Assembly: GCF_006345805.1 (NCBI RefSeq)
Contig: NC_042997.1
Coordinates: forward strand, 199,578,001 to 199,642,000
Length of the DNA: 64,000 nucleotides
Source of the DNA: Octopus sinensis
Lineage: Eukaryota
Direction: 5' to 3'
The first letter of the stretch is position 1. Each line of letters starts with the position of its first letter. The notes under the pieces were generated by a model, which saw only the letters and a program-made list of their open reading frames with translations, was not told where the DNA came from and ran no database searches. Position numbers and translations under genes: made by a program. Below are positions 62,641 to 64,000 of the stretch, in pieces.

Positions 62641-64000
62641 TCATACTATTCTTAATCTAGCTGCCATCTAATTCTTATTCTAGCTACCACACTCCGTGCA
62701 TTCTTCCCCACCATTACTACTACTACAATTACTACTTATTATTATTATTGTTGTTGTTATGTTACTGCATGGTAATTCAGTTATTTTAGTCATCATCATC
62801 ATCGCATGTACAATATGAAAGAAATTTATCACAATTATCTGAAAGTAAAACCATTTAACTGAAAGAAACCGAATCATCTTTAACCTTAGTACAAGAGTAA
62901 CAAATACAATTCTGTAGTTGGATGCTTCTGGATCTTACGTGAAGTAAGAAATTTAATATTTCCAATTTACCAATTGTTATTAACTAAACTACTAGAATGT
63001 GCTAGTAATATACTTTTTCCTATTTTTCTCTAGAACCCTTCGGCTTGCAAAGTTTGCCTCATCTCAAAGAAAGTTATAATTCAATGTAAGCTTACCACAC
63101 ACATGCAAGACTACTGGAGATTTCTATGAATTATATTCACAAATAAAGAAAATAAAAACACAAAAAACTTTTGTACTTATGTCTCATATACTTCTAAAGG
63201 ATGAAATATATATTTGTATTCTTCCTTTCTTATGATTAGTATACAGGCCCTAATTATGTATATTTGACATGACAGACATAACTCTTCTATTTCCTCCATT
63301 GACTTACATGATTTTGATAGATCATCTATAATGGAATAGACAATCTGTTCAATTGTATACATTTCCTTTTTTACTGTCGACACACCTTTTATCTCAGTAT
63401 ATACAGTTTTAAGTTAGTAGCTTCTGAATAGTTATCATGACACTATATTGCCATAATAGGAACAGGCAAGCCAATATTCTATTTTGTTACCAGGGAATAA
63501 AACTACAGAGTTGTCTGTGAAATGTTGCTTGAAGACAATATTCATAATGATAGAAAAAAAAATCTGAGCAAAATATTGGTTTAGTTATTTTTATTCTCTT
63601 GTTTTCAGTCATACAAAGAAATTATTTATTTTACACAGTAACACATATATAAAGACACACACACACACACACAAGTATACATAAGTATGTATTTACAATT
63701 ATGTTATAAAATTAGGTGAGCCGAGTTGAACAGCATCGGGACAAAAAAGAGCAGTTAGCGGAAAAAGGCTGCAAGGAAAATACTGTTAGCAGATTAACAT
63801 TTGAAGGAAAATTTGAAAATGGAATTCTGAAAGGGCATTATTCCAGAGGAAGGAAATATGATAAAATTTTCAGGATATAGTGTCTCGGATAAATAAAATA
63901 ATGGCCGAAAAGAGTAGTACATGGGTCTGGTTTAACCTCAGATCTGCCCTGATGAAGAAGAATTATCATCAAAGACATACAACCATGATCTTCCTGTCTT

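Noticed and set aside
63100-63960. LTR-retrotransposon or RTE coding remnants
   Set aside because: Only short, weak motif resemblances (CLSCQ, GHYSRGR) that are not collinear.
1-64000. The many 60-140 aa ORFs in the track as genes
   Set aside because: Most overlap SINEs, microsatellites or TE fossils, many start at non-ATG codons, and they have low-complexity composition.

Overview
AT-rich eukaryotic DNA made up almost entirely of transposable elements and microsatellites. The SINE/LINE families resemble those I associate with octopus (cephalopod) genomes, but that is an inference. No recognisable host protein-coding gene is present; there is only a weak chain of minus-strand splice-signal candidates. 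The centrepiece is a young, apparently full-length CR1-clade LINE (~16280-20740, +). ORF1 encodes a PHD-like finger, a tandem polyQ tract, a coiled coil and an RRM-like region. ORF2 encodes an APE endonuclease and RT, has no usable ATG, and carries one internal 1-nt frameshift. ORF1 ends in a canonical -1 slippery heptamer (G GGA AAC, then TAA) that leads directly into the open ORF2 frame, suggesting a retrovirus-like ORF1-ORF2 fusion. Also present: several 3'-end copies of the same LINE group with a covarying terminal hairpin; decayed Chapaev3-like and mariner DNA transposons; MITEs; non-autonomous Helitron/Helentron-like elements; a fragmented R4/Dong-like RLE retroelement with nested insertions; RTE remnants; a Penelope remnant; several hammerhead-ribozyme-like motifs in Penelope-type repeats and palindromes; a ~1 kb 26-bp minisatellite grown from an RTE 3' UTR motif; and many tRNA-derived SINEs. 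Repeat boundaries were read by eye and are approximate unless stated otherwise.
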